Positions 8,956-18,703 of a stretch of DNA of 64,000 bases are shown here, in pieces. A program made the translations under genes and the position numbers. Positions within the stretch are counted from its first letter, which is position 1; each line of letters begins with the position of its first letter. The DNA comes from an uncultured virus (IMG/VR IMGVR_UViG_3300027416_000239) (lineage: Duplodnaviria > Heunggongvirae > Uroviricota > Caudoviricetes), in IMG/VR virus record IMGVR_UViG_3300027416_000239; one strand, 5' to 3'. The notes under the pieces were generated by a model. That model ran no database searches and was not told where the DNA came from. It worked only from the letters and a program-made list of their open reading frames with translations.

Positions 8956-9609
8956 TCATATTCTAGAAATGAATTCGTCTCCTGGACGTTGGTTAGTATC
9001 TTCCCACAACCCTAGCTCTTTTAAATGGTCGATGTGCGCTTGATCTAATTCCCAATCATGCTCCTGTACTCCATTCTTCTCAATGTAACTTTCCATCTGT
9101 GCTACCTGCTCATCAGTCATAGGAGCGGCTCCATATAAGAAAGAACAATTGTAGCATAACATCTCAATGTTGTCCAGATTATAATTGTGACGGTTCTTAT
9201 CTTTGAAATTTAATATCAAAGGTACTTTGTTGTCAAAGAGCCTAGCTTCATTAAAGCCACATTGCTTACATTCTTCCTTCAAGTAACCCTCCGCAAAGAG
9301 TTTCTGTTTGATCTTCTCAGGCTTGAAATGCTCAACCGGAACTGTACCGTTGATGAGCCCTTCCAGAGGCGGTTCTTTGCCTGTGCTGGAAAGGAACTTA
9401 GGAATGCCTTTGCCTGCCTGATTGAGATGGGTATCGTAAAGAGTTACTCCGTCTTCGGTTGTAAACAGTCTAGCATAAGTCTTGTAATGAGGAAAAGAAA
9501 CATGAAGGTATCTAGCAGCAGCCTTATTGGATTTAGTCATCCGGATTGCTCGTTCGATATCCTCTCTGGTGAGAATCTTTCTAGGACGTCCTCTCTGTTT
9601 CTTGCTCAT
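8956..9609 (-). CDS. HTH/AT-hook plus degenerate HNH-like zinc-binding protein
   Basis: RGRPRK, KAAARYLHVS helix-turn-helix, CKQC...NYNLDNIEMLCYNC. Confidence 0.6.
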   Translation of the reverse strand: MSKKQRGRPRKILTREDIERAIRMTKSNKAAARYLHVSFPHYKTYARLFTTEDGVTLYDTHLNQAGKGIPKFLSSTGKEPPLEGLINGTVPVEHFKPEKIKQKLFAEGYLKEECKQCGFNEARLFDNKVPLILNFKDKNRHNYNLDNIEMLCYNCSFLYGAAPMTDEQVAQMESYIEKNGVQEHDWELDQAHIDHLKELGLWEDTNQRPGDEFISRI

Positions 9610-9677
9610 TATCTTTTTCGTACCATTTAGGATTAGGTAAGCCGGAATAGTAATCCCAATGCTCGTCTTCAATCAGG

Positions 9678-10049
9678 TTAGTCTTCTCGCTCATCGTAGT
9701 CATCTGGAAGTACAAAGCCTTCTTCTTCATCATGATCAACGTAGCGCACTGCTCGTTCTTTTAAGCTGCCTGTATGGTCGGCTAAAGATGTTGCACTATA
9801 GTCCTGAAGTTCAGGCATCTCATCTAGAGGAGAACGCTCACCAAATTCGATAGCAGTAACATACTTGTAGACATCCTCTTCTAAGATTTCAATCTCGTTG
9901 TAGGTATGATCTCCTTCTCCTAGAGTTAGAATACGTCCACGCTTAGGAGCAGTATTAGAATGCTCAACACAAGTCACTGCATTAGGCAGCGCCTTAACTC
10001 GTAACGGATTGATTACCTCCCCGCATACTTTACAAAACCTTTTTTCCAT
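9678..10049 (-). CDS. DksA/TraR C4-type zinc-finger protein
   Basis: CKVCGEVINPLRVKALPNAVTCVEH fits CxxCGExIxxxRLxAxPxxxxCxxC, with the last C replaced by H. Confidence 0.75.
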   Translation of the reverse strand: MEKRFCKVCGEVINPLRVKALPNAVTCVEHSNTAPKRGRILTLGEGDHTYNEIEILEEDVYKYVTAIEFGERSPLDEMPELQDYSATSLADHTGSLKERAVRYVDHDEEEGFVLPDDYDERED

Positions 10050-10050
10050 A

Positions 10051-10452
10051 TTAGTTGAATTTTTGAATAGCGTTCCAGACATCTTCTGGAGTTTTAAAAT
10101 TGACTTTCTCTTCTTTCTTTCCTACCTGGACAGTTATCGTTCCGTCCCAGTCATCATCCACTTCCGGAATATCATTAAGGTACATCTGCACTAAGAAGAT
10201 TTGCTGCTTATTAAAAGCAATCCTCATTAGGTTTTCAATCACCCTGAAGAACTTATCCTCAAATGAAGTAGTATCAATTCCTATCTCAGTTGCTAGGAAG
10301 TCATTACGGTCATTTATTTCTTTGAGTATACCGATAGACTCTATGAATAGTTGTTTATCCATCTGCTCTTTTGACACAGGTCGTTCTCTGATCCTATACC
10401 GAAGGCGTAGGAACTTCTTAATCTGTGCTCGTATTAAATCTTTCTCATTCAT
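10051..10452 (-). CDS. Hypothetical protein
   Basis: 133-aa operonic ORF. Confidence 0.7.
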   Translation of the reverse strand: MNEKDLIRAQIKKFLRLRYRIRERPVSKEQMDKQLFIESIGILKEINDRNDFLATEIGIDTTSFEDKFFRVIENLMRIAFNKQQIFLVQMYLNDIPEVDDDWDGTITVQVGKKEEKVNFKTPEDVWNAIQKFN

Positions 10453-10604
10453 TTACTGATGCCAAATATACGAAGAAAAGCTTTCAGAGGCAACTGTTTT
10501 GTTTGTGCAAACTTCTTAGCAGCACTAAGTCGGCTGCTAGCAATGACCGTAGAAATAGCCTCCTGGCTCTTATCAACCCGGCTGTAAAACGAGAACCTTT
10601 TCAT
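10449..10604 (-). CDS. Small basic hypothetical protein
   Basis: Start MKRFSFYS at 10604. Confidence 0.6.
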   Translation of the reverse strand: MKRFSFYSRVDKSQEAISTVIASSRLSAAKKFAQTKQLPLKAFLRIFGISK

Positions 10605-10617
10605 ATGTAAGTGATTT

Positions 10618-10956
10618 TTAGGATTGCAATGCTTGTCTGATAATCTTATCGAGGTACTCAATATAGATAAAGAAGCCAATGATGCTCTTATCTTTTAAGT
10701 TACGATCTCTCTCTACTCGCATACCATACTGTCCTAATCCAGCATCTAATTTATCTCCCAGAGCCATAGCGATATCATTCTGCTCGGTTGGTGATAATGC
10801 TCCGAAGGTAGTAGGTAGGAATTGAACCTTGATACCTTTCTTGTTAGGATCTTCGTTAACATCTACTCGAAGGACGAACTTATGTCCTTGATAGTTTACT
10901 TTGGTAGCTTCAGAGATGACGTTAGTGATCTCATTAAGTAGTTCTTCTCTTTTCAT
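10618..10956 (-). CDS. Hypothetical protein
   Basis: 112 aa; promoter immediately upstream. Confidence 0.7.
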   Translation of the reverse strand: MKREELLNEITNVISEATKVNYQGHKFVLRVDVNEDPNKKGIKVQFLPTTFGALSPTEQNDIAMALGDKLDAGLGQYGMRVERDRNLKDKSIIGFFIYIEYLDKIIRQALQS

Positions 10957-11119
10957 ATTGATCTAAATATACGAACGTAATCCTAATTCTCCAACTGCTC
11001 CGGAAAATCTTTATTATAAATAGGAGTTGGTTTTTTCTTCTTGTTAGTCTTGATTGGCTGATATGTCTCAGCTTCCTCTGCGTACTTGTCCAAATCCTGG
11101 AGATGAACTTTACCCATGT

Positions 11120-12292
11120 CTATAAATTAATTAATTGATCTTGATACTCAACCAAACGTTCAACAGTGAGTTCCATATTACCTAACTGGAACTTACCAAT
11201 AGCTTGGTTTTCTTTTAAAATGTCTGGAAGCATCTGAATGTACTGAAAGTCTTCAGAGTTAAACGTCTTACCGTCTAAACGTACAACGATGTCGGATGTA
11301 TGGCTATTTACAATTCTCTTTGTCAAATCGTAAGCAGTGTTTGGTTGCTCTTGTTGAATATAACTATCAACCTTTTCCTGTAACAGGTCAGTGTAGATTG
11401 TATTACACCAGGGCTCTAATACTCTTAGCAATGCTTCAGTACAGTTACTTATTCTAAGATTGATATCGTACTTTGGCGAAACAATTGGCTTCATTAAAGT
11501 ATCATGCTTTACAAAGTGTCCCCACTTACGAATAAAGTTACGAGTGCTTCTCTCATTCTGCTTCAACCATTCATCAGACTCTTTACCTACTGTTGTGATG
11601 GTAGGATTGTATCTAGAACCTCTACAGGTCATATGGTAGACACATCCCTCCCAGGTTTGAATAAATTCTATTCCGTCTAAGAGGAATCGGTTGAAGATGT
11701 CTGAGTCTTCTTTTGACTGAGGAGCGTATAGAGGATCATGTCCTCCAATCTTCTGGAAGTCCTCTCTGTAGAATGCCCAAGGTGCAAAGATACCTTCCGT
11801 TGTTTGGTCCCTAACTGAATCAATATGTTTACTAACCCAGACTAGGAATTCATCCTCAGGAAAGTCTTCTGGCTCTGTTCCAAAGTTACGCAAGACCTTC
11901 TCAGGTCCGTCCGGATGTAGAGGAGGTTCGATACGAGTCAGTGATACAATCTTTCTAGGCTCAATATACTTTTCGATAGCATCGATGGCTTGAGGACAAA
12001 GATACATATCGGCATGATAGATCATAGCAACGTCTGCTGTAGCTACTTCATTAACCAATCGGTCGTAAAGTATTGTATGACCTAGACGAGTAGGACCTTC
12101 ATTACGGATGGCCTTGAAGTGAGGATCCTTCTCCATTCTCTCCTGACACCACTCCCAGGTACCGTCGCTACTAAAGTCATCTGCTACACAGACCTCTACT
12201 TCATGGTTACCTTGATTCTTTCTAATAGCTTCATAGGACCATTTTAGGTACTTGAGATTATTTCTTGAGGGTTGTATGAAACTTATTTTCAT
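11120..12292 (-). CDS. Glycosyltransferase family 2
   Basis: N-terminal ISFIQPSRN, ADDFSSDGT, HAD and ED motifs. Confidence 0.85.
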   Translation of the reverse strand: MKISFIQPSRNNLKYLKWSYEAIRKNQGNHEVEVCVADDFSSDGTWEWCQERMEKDPHFKAIRNEGPTRLGHTILYDRLVNEVATADVAMIYHADMYLCPQAIDAIEKYIEPRKIVSLTRIEPPLHPDGPEKVLRNFGTEPEDFPEDEFLVWVSKHIDSVRDQTTEGIFAPWAFYREDFQKIGGHDPLYAPQSKEDSDIFNRFLLDGIEFIQTWEGCVYHMTCRGSRYNPTITTVGKESDEWLKQNERSTRNFIRKWGHFVKHDTLMKPIVSPKYDINLRISNCTEALLRVLEPWCNTIYTDLLQEKVDSYIQQEQPNTAYDLTKRIVNSHTSDIVVRLDGKTFNSEDFQYIQMLPDILKENQAIGKFQLGNMELTVERLVEYQDQLINL

Positions 12293-12858
12293 CCTTCTAT
12301 TCTTTCAAATGTTCCTAGATTCAGATCATAACCTTTGATCTCTTTCCAGTTTGGTTTAGGTTTAAATATTGCAATCGTCTGAGGAGTATCATCAATCTTC
12401 TCAATTACATCGTAGTAATCTAATACACACCAGTAAGGAGAACGCTCACACCAATCGTGAATGACTAACACTCCGTCTTCTTTTAAGAAGCTCAGAGCTT
12501 TGTATGTACACAGTCTTCTTGCTCTACCATCGACCAGTATTAAATCAAACTGTTCCTTTGGCAACTCAATTGCATTAATATACTCTGCATAGTCTTCGTA
12601 TGTAGATTGATGGTAGAAGTTACTGCTTGGCTCTCCGGCAATGAAGTAGAGTGTAGCATTGTCTACCTTCTGCTGTGATAGCATCTCAGATACCTTATTG
12701 TACCATTGCTGATTATTCTCTACTGAATAAATTCTTTTAACGAGTTGAGAGAAGTATTGAGTGCTTCCTCCTGATCCCCACTCAAACATTACTGAGTCGA
12801 TTGTTAGGTGCTTCTCTATTAGCTCTCTTTCTCTATCGTGCATCCATGCTCCGTTCAT
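12289..12858 (-). CDS. SAM-dependent methyltransferase
   Basis: FEWGSGGST, DLILVDGRAR, IHD. Confidence 0.8.
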   Translation of the reverse strand: MNGAWMHDRERELIEKHLTIDSVMFEWGSGGSTQYFSQLVKRIYSVENNQQWYNKVSEMLSQQKVDNATLYFIAGEPSSNFYHQSTYEDYAEYINAIELPKEQFDLILVDGRARRLCTYKALSFLKEDGVLVIHDWCERSPYWCVLDYYDVIEKIDDTPQTIAIFKPKPNWKEIKGYDLNLGTFERIEG

Positions 12859-13766
12859 GACAGGTACATATGTTTAAATGATTGTTCTGTATAATATGTT
12901 TCATAGAGAGTTCTAGCGCGTTGACTGCATTGATTATAAAAGCTCTCATCGTTATGAAGTAGTCCTACTAGCTTTCGGGCTGTAGCTAGATCTCCATCCT
13001 CAACAGTTAGCTCAGGATGCAGAGTGTATTGAGTGTCTAGTCCTCCATACCCTATACAAGGAATGCCTAAGTAGGCACAGTTAAGAGCAAAGGTTCCTGC
13101 AGCATGAGTCCTCATCATATGAATACCTATCTTTCTCTTACTCAATTCTGATATCCATTGGTTCCATTCTAGATAAGGCAGTTGAGTAATTCCTAACTGC
13201 TCTTCTCCTTCTTGACGTCTACCCATCTGAGGAGAGTATATTTCATCTGTAATGCTTTTAGCTAACATAAATGAATCAAAGCCTCCGTACCAGCTCTTGA
13301 AGTTGCCTCCTATCATCACTCCTGTTCTTTCTTCCGGAGGAGTAATAGCTCCGATTGGGTCTTCAATCATTAACGATTGTAAAACTCTTACATCAGGATG
13401 GTTAGTTAGCCCTTGATAATATTTACTATCCTGTTGATTGTGTACGTAAATGATATCGGCAGCCATTAAGTTATTAAAGTAGTGCACCTGATTGGCTAGA
13501 GGATAGTCTTGAAAGTACCAGAAGGGACCCTCCTGCATGATGCCTACCTTCTTACATTTAGTCTTTAAAGCAGGTACGTTTACTTTATCTGGATGGTTCT
13601 TAGAATTAATAACAATTCCTAGATCATACTCCTGTTCAGGTACTTGAGTGAAGTTATAATGGTCTGCATTCATTGCTACCATCCAGGCAAACTCTGTACG
13701 CATGTTTGTATGCGTACGAGGAATCTTCCCGTTAAAGTTCATCTCAGTAAAGAACGCTATTCTCAT
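12855..13766 (-). CDS. Putative GT-B glycosyltransferase
   Basis: MRIAFFTE start, ALNCAYLGIPCIG C-terminal GT-B-like segment, and cluster context. Confidence 0.55.
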   Translation of the reverse strand: MRIAFFTEMNFNGKIPRTHTNMRTEFAWMVAMNADHYNFTQVPEQEYDLGIVINSKNHPDKVNVPALKTKCKKVGIMQEGPFWYFQDYPLANQVHYFNNLMAADIIYVHNQQDSKYYQGLTNHPDVRVLQSLMIEDPIGAITPPEERTGVMIGGNFKSWYGGFDSFMLAKSITDEIYSPQMGRRQEGEEQLGITQLPYLEWNQWISELSKRKIGIHMMRTHAAGTFALNCAYLGIPCIGYGGLDTQYTLHPELTVEDGDLATARKLVGLLHNDESFYNQCSQRARTLYETYYTEQSFKHMYLS

Positions 13767-14731
13767 TTGCTATAGATATCGAACCAATGCTCGATCATTT
13801 CGTCCATCAACGTTTCAAATGTATACTCAGGCTCCCATCCTAGTGAACGGATCTGACTAGAGTCTCCTTTCAGATACTTTAGCTCTTCCGGACGTAAGAA
13901 CTTTTGATTCTGTACTACATACTGGTTGTAGTCTAGTCCTAGCTTACCAAATACATACTCGCACATCTCTCTTACTGAATGAGTAACTCCTGTAGCAACT
14001 ACCCAGTCACCTGGCTCTTCTTGCTGAACGATTAGATGCATTGCACGGACATAATCCTTAGAGTGTCCCCAATCACGATATGCGTCCATATTACCTAGCT
14101 CAAGCTTATCCTGCAAGCCTAACTTAATACGAACGGTTGCCTTAACTACTTTGTTAGTTACAAAATTAGAACCTCTACGAGGTGATTCGTGATTGAATAG
14201 GATACCATTTGAGGCATGCATGTTGTATGCATTGCGATAGTTACGTACGATATTATAACCAAACACTTTAGTACAGCCGTAAGGTGATACAGGAGTCATC
14301 TTAGTAGTCTCTCTCTGGTATCCATCTTCATCGACTGAGCTACCGAACATCTCTGAAGAGGATGCTTGATAGAACTTAGCATTAGGACAATTGTTACGAA
14401 CTGCTTCAAGGATATTAACTACACCTAAAGCATTTGTCATTACTGTGAACTGAGGAATCTCATATGAAATACGTACATGCGACTGTGCTGCAATGTTATA
14501 TACTTCATCAGGTTGAATATCTCTTAAGAGCTTCTCCAGGCTACTTTGATCTAAAAGGTCTCCGTAGTAGGTAGTAACCTTTCCTTCTAAGTGATTAATT
14601 CTAGACTCTTGATGTTCAGGAGTAGAGTTACGACGAACAATACCGTGAACTTCATAACCTAAGCTTACTAAATACTCTGCAAGGTATGAGCCATCTTGTC
14701 CGGCAATACCTGTAATGAAAGCTTTCTTCAT
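13763..14731 (-). CDS. gmd: GDP-mannose 4,6-dehydratase
   Basis: ITGIAGQDGSYLA, AAQSHV, ASSSE, SPYGCTK, GILFNHESPRRG. Confidence 0.95.
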   Translation of the reverse strand: MKKAFITGIAGQDGSYLAEYLVSLGYEVHGIVRRNSTPEHQESRINHLEGKVTTYYGDLLDQSSLEKLLRDIQPDEVYNIAAQSHVRISYEIPQFTVMTNALGVVNILEAVRNNCPNAKFYQASSSEMFGSSVDEDGYQRETTKMTPVSPYGCTKVFGYNIVRNYRNAYNMHASNGILFNHESPRRGSNFVTNKVVKATVRIKLGLQDKLELGNMDAYRDWGHSKDYVRAMHLIVQQEEPGDWVVATGVTHSVREMCEYVFGKLGLDYNQYVVQNQKFLRPEELKYLKGDSSQIRSLGWEPEYTFETLMDEMIEHWFDIYSK

Positions 14732-14733
14732 AA

Positions 14734-15324
14734 TTACTTTTTAAATATATCCATTTGTGTTAAGTCCGGCCAATCTGTTACTACCCATTGACGAGGAGCG
14801 GTAGTAGTTGCTTCCGGTAATTTATCTAATCCTTTCTGAGCTACTTCAGGTGTCATGTAGTAATGGTAACCAACTGTATCAATGTTCTGATCTCTCCAAG
14901 GAGTGTTTGGTATACGTCCATCATAGGACATCTTCTTAATCGTTGTAGCAGCTTCTTTGTCGTCTGTTAAAAGTATACCTCCTCTACCTAAAGACAAATG
15001 CTTCTGGTATTGGAAGCTTACTCCCATAAACGTTCCTGGTATATAACTTCCTAGCTTCCATAGTACTGCGGCGTCGATTACCCTATCGGTTACGTAGTAA
15101 TAGTCCTGCCATTGCTCATCTTTCCAGAAAAGGTCTATGTTGAGTTTGTTGGCTAAGAATGGAATAGAGAGGTAAGTACGCTGAGGTACTCTAATATGAT
15201 CAACCTCTGTATAACGGAGAGCTAATTCAATACCATGGGTACAGCTATCAACAGCGATAGCATAAGGTGCACCGAAGAACTCTGCTACCTTATTCTCAAA
15301 CTGTGTTACTACTTCAAAGCTCAT
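14734..15324 (-). CDS. DegT/DnrJ/EryC1/StrS-family PLP enzyme (short)
   Basis: AVDSCT, IDAA and SFQYQKHLSLGRGG with the Schiff-base Lys; only 196 aa. Confidence 0.8.
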   Translation of the reverse strand: MSFEVVTQFENKVAEFFGAPYAIAVDSCTHGIELALRYTEVDHIRVPQRTYLSIPFLANKLNIDLFWKDEQWQDYYYVTDRVIDAAVLWKLGSYIPGTFMGVSFQYQKHLSLGRGGILLTDDKEAATTIKKMSYDGRIPNTPWRDQNIDTVGYHYYMTPEVAQKGLDKLPEATTTAPRQWVVTDWPDLTQMDIFKK

Positions 15325-15860
15325 TTTGTAGCTTGTATGTTTAAACTGATTAGTGTTCCGTTTACTTTATCCATATGAGGAATGTATGCCTGAGAGTGAT
15401 CATCGAATAGAGCATGCTCTGTATCTTCCCAGTCGTACGTTTCTATATTACTAAATGTAAGAACTTTTAATAAGGATTCCAACTCCTGGAAGTCATAAGT
15501 TGTCTTATGGTAGATTGTTTGTTCACCCATAGGCATCTTTCCGTACAGAGGTCCTAAGAACTTGGATAGTGGATATCCTTTTTCAAGGTATAGCTTAACC
15601 ATTGCCTCAAAGTTAGGTACAGCTAATCTAATTACACCTCCTGGTTTTAGTTTACTATGCCATTTGGTTAGAAGCTCTTTAGCTTCTTCTCTATCAAAGT
15701 ACTCAAGAACGTGACTAGCGTAGATAAGGTCTACGGAGTTGTCTTCATACGGGAGGTTAACAATGTCTTTAGAATTAAGATGAGGATAATCTCCTCCATC
15801 AATATGAACCCAATCAGGTCCAAAGTCTCTCCAGCCGCAACCTAAATTTAACTTTAACAT
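15321..15860 (-). CDS. Class I SAM methyltransferase
   Basis: KLNLGCG, YASHVLEY, LKPGG. Confidence 0.85.
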   Translation of the reverse strand: MLKLNLGCGWRDFGPDWVHIDGGDYPHLNSKDIVNLPYEDNSVDLIYASHVLEYFDREEAKELLTKWHSKLKPGGVIRLAVPNFEAMVKLYLEKGYPLSKFLGPLYGKMPMGEQTIYHKTTYDFQELESLLKVLTFSNIETYDWEDTEHALFDDHSQAYIPHMDKVNGTLISLNIQATK

Positions 15861-16393
15861 TATTTCTCTATTTTTAAAATGAATTGTCTATTTTGTACTA
15901 AACCTGATTTAATTTGGTCTTTATGTTCATTCACGAACTGATCTAACGCTCGATGAATATCGTTACCGTTATCAAAATCATCTCCGGTTATGTACCCTCC
16001 TGATTTAACTAACTGGTAGCTCATATTAAGATCTTCTAGCACAGCTTCGTAACTATGGTCACCATCTATGTATGTCCAATCTAAGCTATTAGGTTCAATA
16101 TGACTTAGTAAGTTTGTGCTAAGGTCTCTTATCACCTGTACATTTGGACTGCTCCTAAACATTCCTACTACATCGTTGTAGATGCCATCCATATCTTCCT
16201 GTGAGGTAGCTTGAGTTCCTCCGTACCATCTATCTGGATGCTGAGGTGTAAACAGCCAAGGGTCACATAAGTAGAGTACTGCTGGAGAGATTTTACTGTT
16301 AATAGTTTTAGAGAACTCTCCTTTCCATACTCCAATCTCTACTCCTCTGCTTTGTGGAGGGAAGTAATCTAATACAAAACTCTTATCTAACAT
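15860..16393 (-). CDS. Methyltransferase (Methyltransf_24-like)
   Basis: VEIGVWKG, YIDGDHSYE, GDD. Confidence 0.85.
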   Translation of the reverse strand: MLDKSFVLDYFPPQSRGVEIGVWKGEFSKTINSKISPAVLYLCDPWLFTPQHPDRWYGGTQATSQEDMDGIYNDVVGMFRSSPNVQVIRDLSTNLLSHIEPNSLDWTYIDGDHSYEAVLEDLNMSYQLVKSGGYITGDDFDNGNDIHRALDQFVNEHKDQIKSGLVQNRQFILKIEK

Positions 16394-17267
16394 TGAAACT
16401 TCTTCTTAAAGAATTAAAATCTATTCTATCAATATGCATCCGTTGAGCATCTTCCCACTTGTACATGAGGTTCTTCAAAGGCGTACAGATGATTGTACCT
16501 CTGTTAAAATAGCTTGCCATTATAGAGAAGCTACTCTGACCTGTGATGAGTATATCTGCAGCACACATATGGTGAAATGCTTCTAGATCAGAGCCTCCAA
16601 GCTGTAGTGTTACATTCTCTCTTACAAGTACTTTAAAATCTTCAGGCTGTCCTTCAGAGAAGATATGAATGTCTAATAGTTCCAATCCTAGCTCTGAGTT
16701 AAACTTATCGATAATGCCGGCGTAGTAATCTAGATCCAACCATCGGTCTGGGTTCTTACTTGCATTAATATCTCCTCTACGAATATGAATAGCGATAGAT
16801 ACTTTACTGCTATCGTACTTCAAGTCAATACCTCTATCCAAGCTCCAGTATGCTTGCTGAAGCTCTTCTACTACCTTAGAGTAGTACTGAGTAAGTAATC
16901 CAGGAAATGGATTATGCCCTAACTTAAATAATGTTTCATCTGAACTACTCTCTATTACTTCTCTTATACGTTCTATACTTTGATAGTAGTGTATGTGATC
17001 TAGTTCATCGTTATGGCATAGCTCAGGAGTACCTAACTCAACAACTGATGTGTTACTAATCTGATCAGTTGAACGATAAGCAGTATGTAGGTTTAGGAAT
17101 GCTTCATACCTCTCTGCATCTTCTGTAAAAGGACTGTACACGTACTCTAAGTCAAATAACTTACTGAGGTATAGTCCTGTAATCCAATTATGGAACTTAT
17201 GTCCTGAGCTACTTCGACCTGCGTCTGGGTCTGTGAAGTGTATAGGTGCTGACTGAATATACTTCAT
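16383..17267 (-). CDS. GT11/GT23-like fucosyltransferase-type glycosyltransferase
   Basis: AIHIRRGD, IFSE and SSFS motifs. Confidence 0.7.
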   Translation of the reverse strand: MKYIQSAPIHFTDPDAGRSSSGHKFHNWITGLYLSKLFDLEYVYSPFTEDAERYEAFLNLHTAYRSTDQISNTSVVELGTPELCHNDELDHIHYYQSIERIREVIESSSDETLFKLGHNPFPGLLTQYYSKVVEELQQAYWSLDRGIDLKYDSSKVSIAIHIRRGDINASKNPDRWLDLDYYAGIIDKFNSELGLELLDIHIFSEGQPEDFKVLVRENVTLQLGGSDLEAFHHMCAADILITGQSSFSIMASYFNRGTIICTPLKNLMYKWEDAQRMHIDRIDFNSLRRSFNVR

Positions 17268-18703
17268 AATGTCTTACCTGTATGAATGACTCTGTGGATA
17301 GTATCCCAGATGTTATATTTGTTTAGTATCAAATCCTTTGCTTCAAATAAAGCTGAGTAGTCTAACTGCTCTACTGGGATGCTTGTAATGTCTCTTACTT
17401 GAGCGATTACATCTTTGTCTAGATCAATTGTGAAGTAACTTCCTTTAGGAAAGAATCTATCGATCTGTTTACATCCTACATAGATAGGAAACGTATTACA
17501 TAGTACAGGGTCGCAGAACTTCTCTGAGAAGTATAAGTCTGTTTGTCCGTTCTCAATAGCTAAATTAAATCGATAAGGAATTAATCCATCTGTCTTATCT
17601 CTAGCTGGAAGCTCTCCTAAATACTTCTCATCTGTATAGCGAGTAGTCTTTCCGTAGATATGTAAATCAATACTGGAAGTGTGAAGCTTATCAACTACTT
17701 CAACTCTCTTATTATGTCCGCTTACTCCTAACTTACCGGAGTCAATAATGCTTAGTAGGTGAGGCTTATCTGTAGACGTATTAGAGAGTATCTCATCATA
17801 GGTTCGATTCACCCACCAGGTCTGAGGCATATGGCTGTTTCCTTTCTCGTGATGAAAGTTATATGCTGCTTGAGGTATATCATGGAAGTATATATGTCTT
17901 GGCTCTCTTCCAAAGAAGATTAATTTACTTGCATGATACTTTCCGTCTGTTCTATCTTGAGCTACTTCATAGTCAGCTTGATTGATATCATCTACAGCAA
18001 TAAGGTTCTTCCATACTCCACTACTACCTGGTGTCTGTTTACTAAACAGTTCAGTTAGTTCTTTGGAAGGTAGGAAGTAGTTATGAAAGTAAACTTTGTA
18101 AGTTGTATCAAAGTCCTGAGTGATAAAATTATACAGTAGGTGACCTAGTTTTACTTGATCCTTTTTCTGAGTATCAAAGTCAATCTCTATTCCTTTAAAT
18201 TGGCTTCTGGTTTGATAGTAGTTGCTCTTTAGAGAGTCTATTGCTCTTCTGTAATCGCCATCTACTATCTTATTGTTGAACCATTTATCGATTCTAAAGG
18301 AGCTTTCTAATCCATCTTCCCTATCTACATAGACAATCTTATACTGCTCTCCTTCTGGTATATTATCTATCCAATACTTTAATGTGCCAATAAAGCGAGG
18401 GTCTTTGATAAAGACTGTTCTGCCTTTAAGCTGTGCTAAGAAATCCCTAATGAGTGTAGTGAAAGCCTCATCAATAACTTCCGGAAGGTCTTCATTCTTA
18501 AAATAGATCTCTGCATTAGAGTAGGTGGCTAGTATCTTATTGTTTAGTTGATTAACAAAGTAAGACTCTTTAATGTCATACTCTCTGGTAAGTCCTTTAG
18601 TTGTAGCTACCCTATCGACAATACTCTCACAGCCTATCTCCTCTAGCATAGAAGCTATTAAAGATGTACCTGATTTATATAAACCAACAACAAATACTAT
18701 CAT
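17264..18703 (-). CDS. Fusion of a sulfotransferase-like P-loop domain and a GT10 fucosyltransferase-like domain
   Basis: N-terminal GLYKSGTS and IKDPR; C-terminal YRFNLAIEN...YFSEKF..P...PIYVG. Confidence 0.75.
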   Translation of the reverse strand: MIVFVVGLYKSGTSLIASMLEEIGCESIVDRVATTKGLTREYDIKESYFVNQLNNKILATYSNAEIYFKNEDLPEVIDEAFTTLIRDFLAQLKGRTVFIKDPRFIGTLKYWIDNIPEGEQYKIVYVDREDGLESSFRIDKWFNNKIVDGDYRRAIDSLKSNYYQTRSQFKGIEIDFDTQKKDQVKLGHLLYNFITQDFDTTYKVYFHNYFLPSKELTELFSKQTPGSSGVWKNLIAVDDINQADYEVAQDRTDGKYHASKLIFFGREPRHIYFHDIPQAAYNFHHEKGNSHMPQTWWVNRTYDEILSNTSTDKPHLLSIIDSGKLGVSGHNKRVEVVDKLHTSSIDLHIYGKTTRYTDEKYLGELPARDKTDGLIPYRFNLAIENGQTDLYFSEKFCDPVLCNTFPIYVGCKQIDRFFPKGSYFTIDLDKDVIAQVRDITSIPVEQLDYSALFEAKDLILNKYNIWDTIHRVIHTGKTL

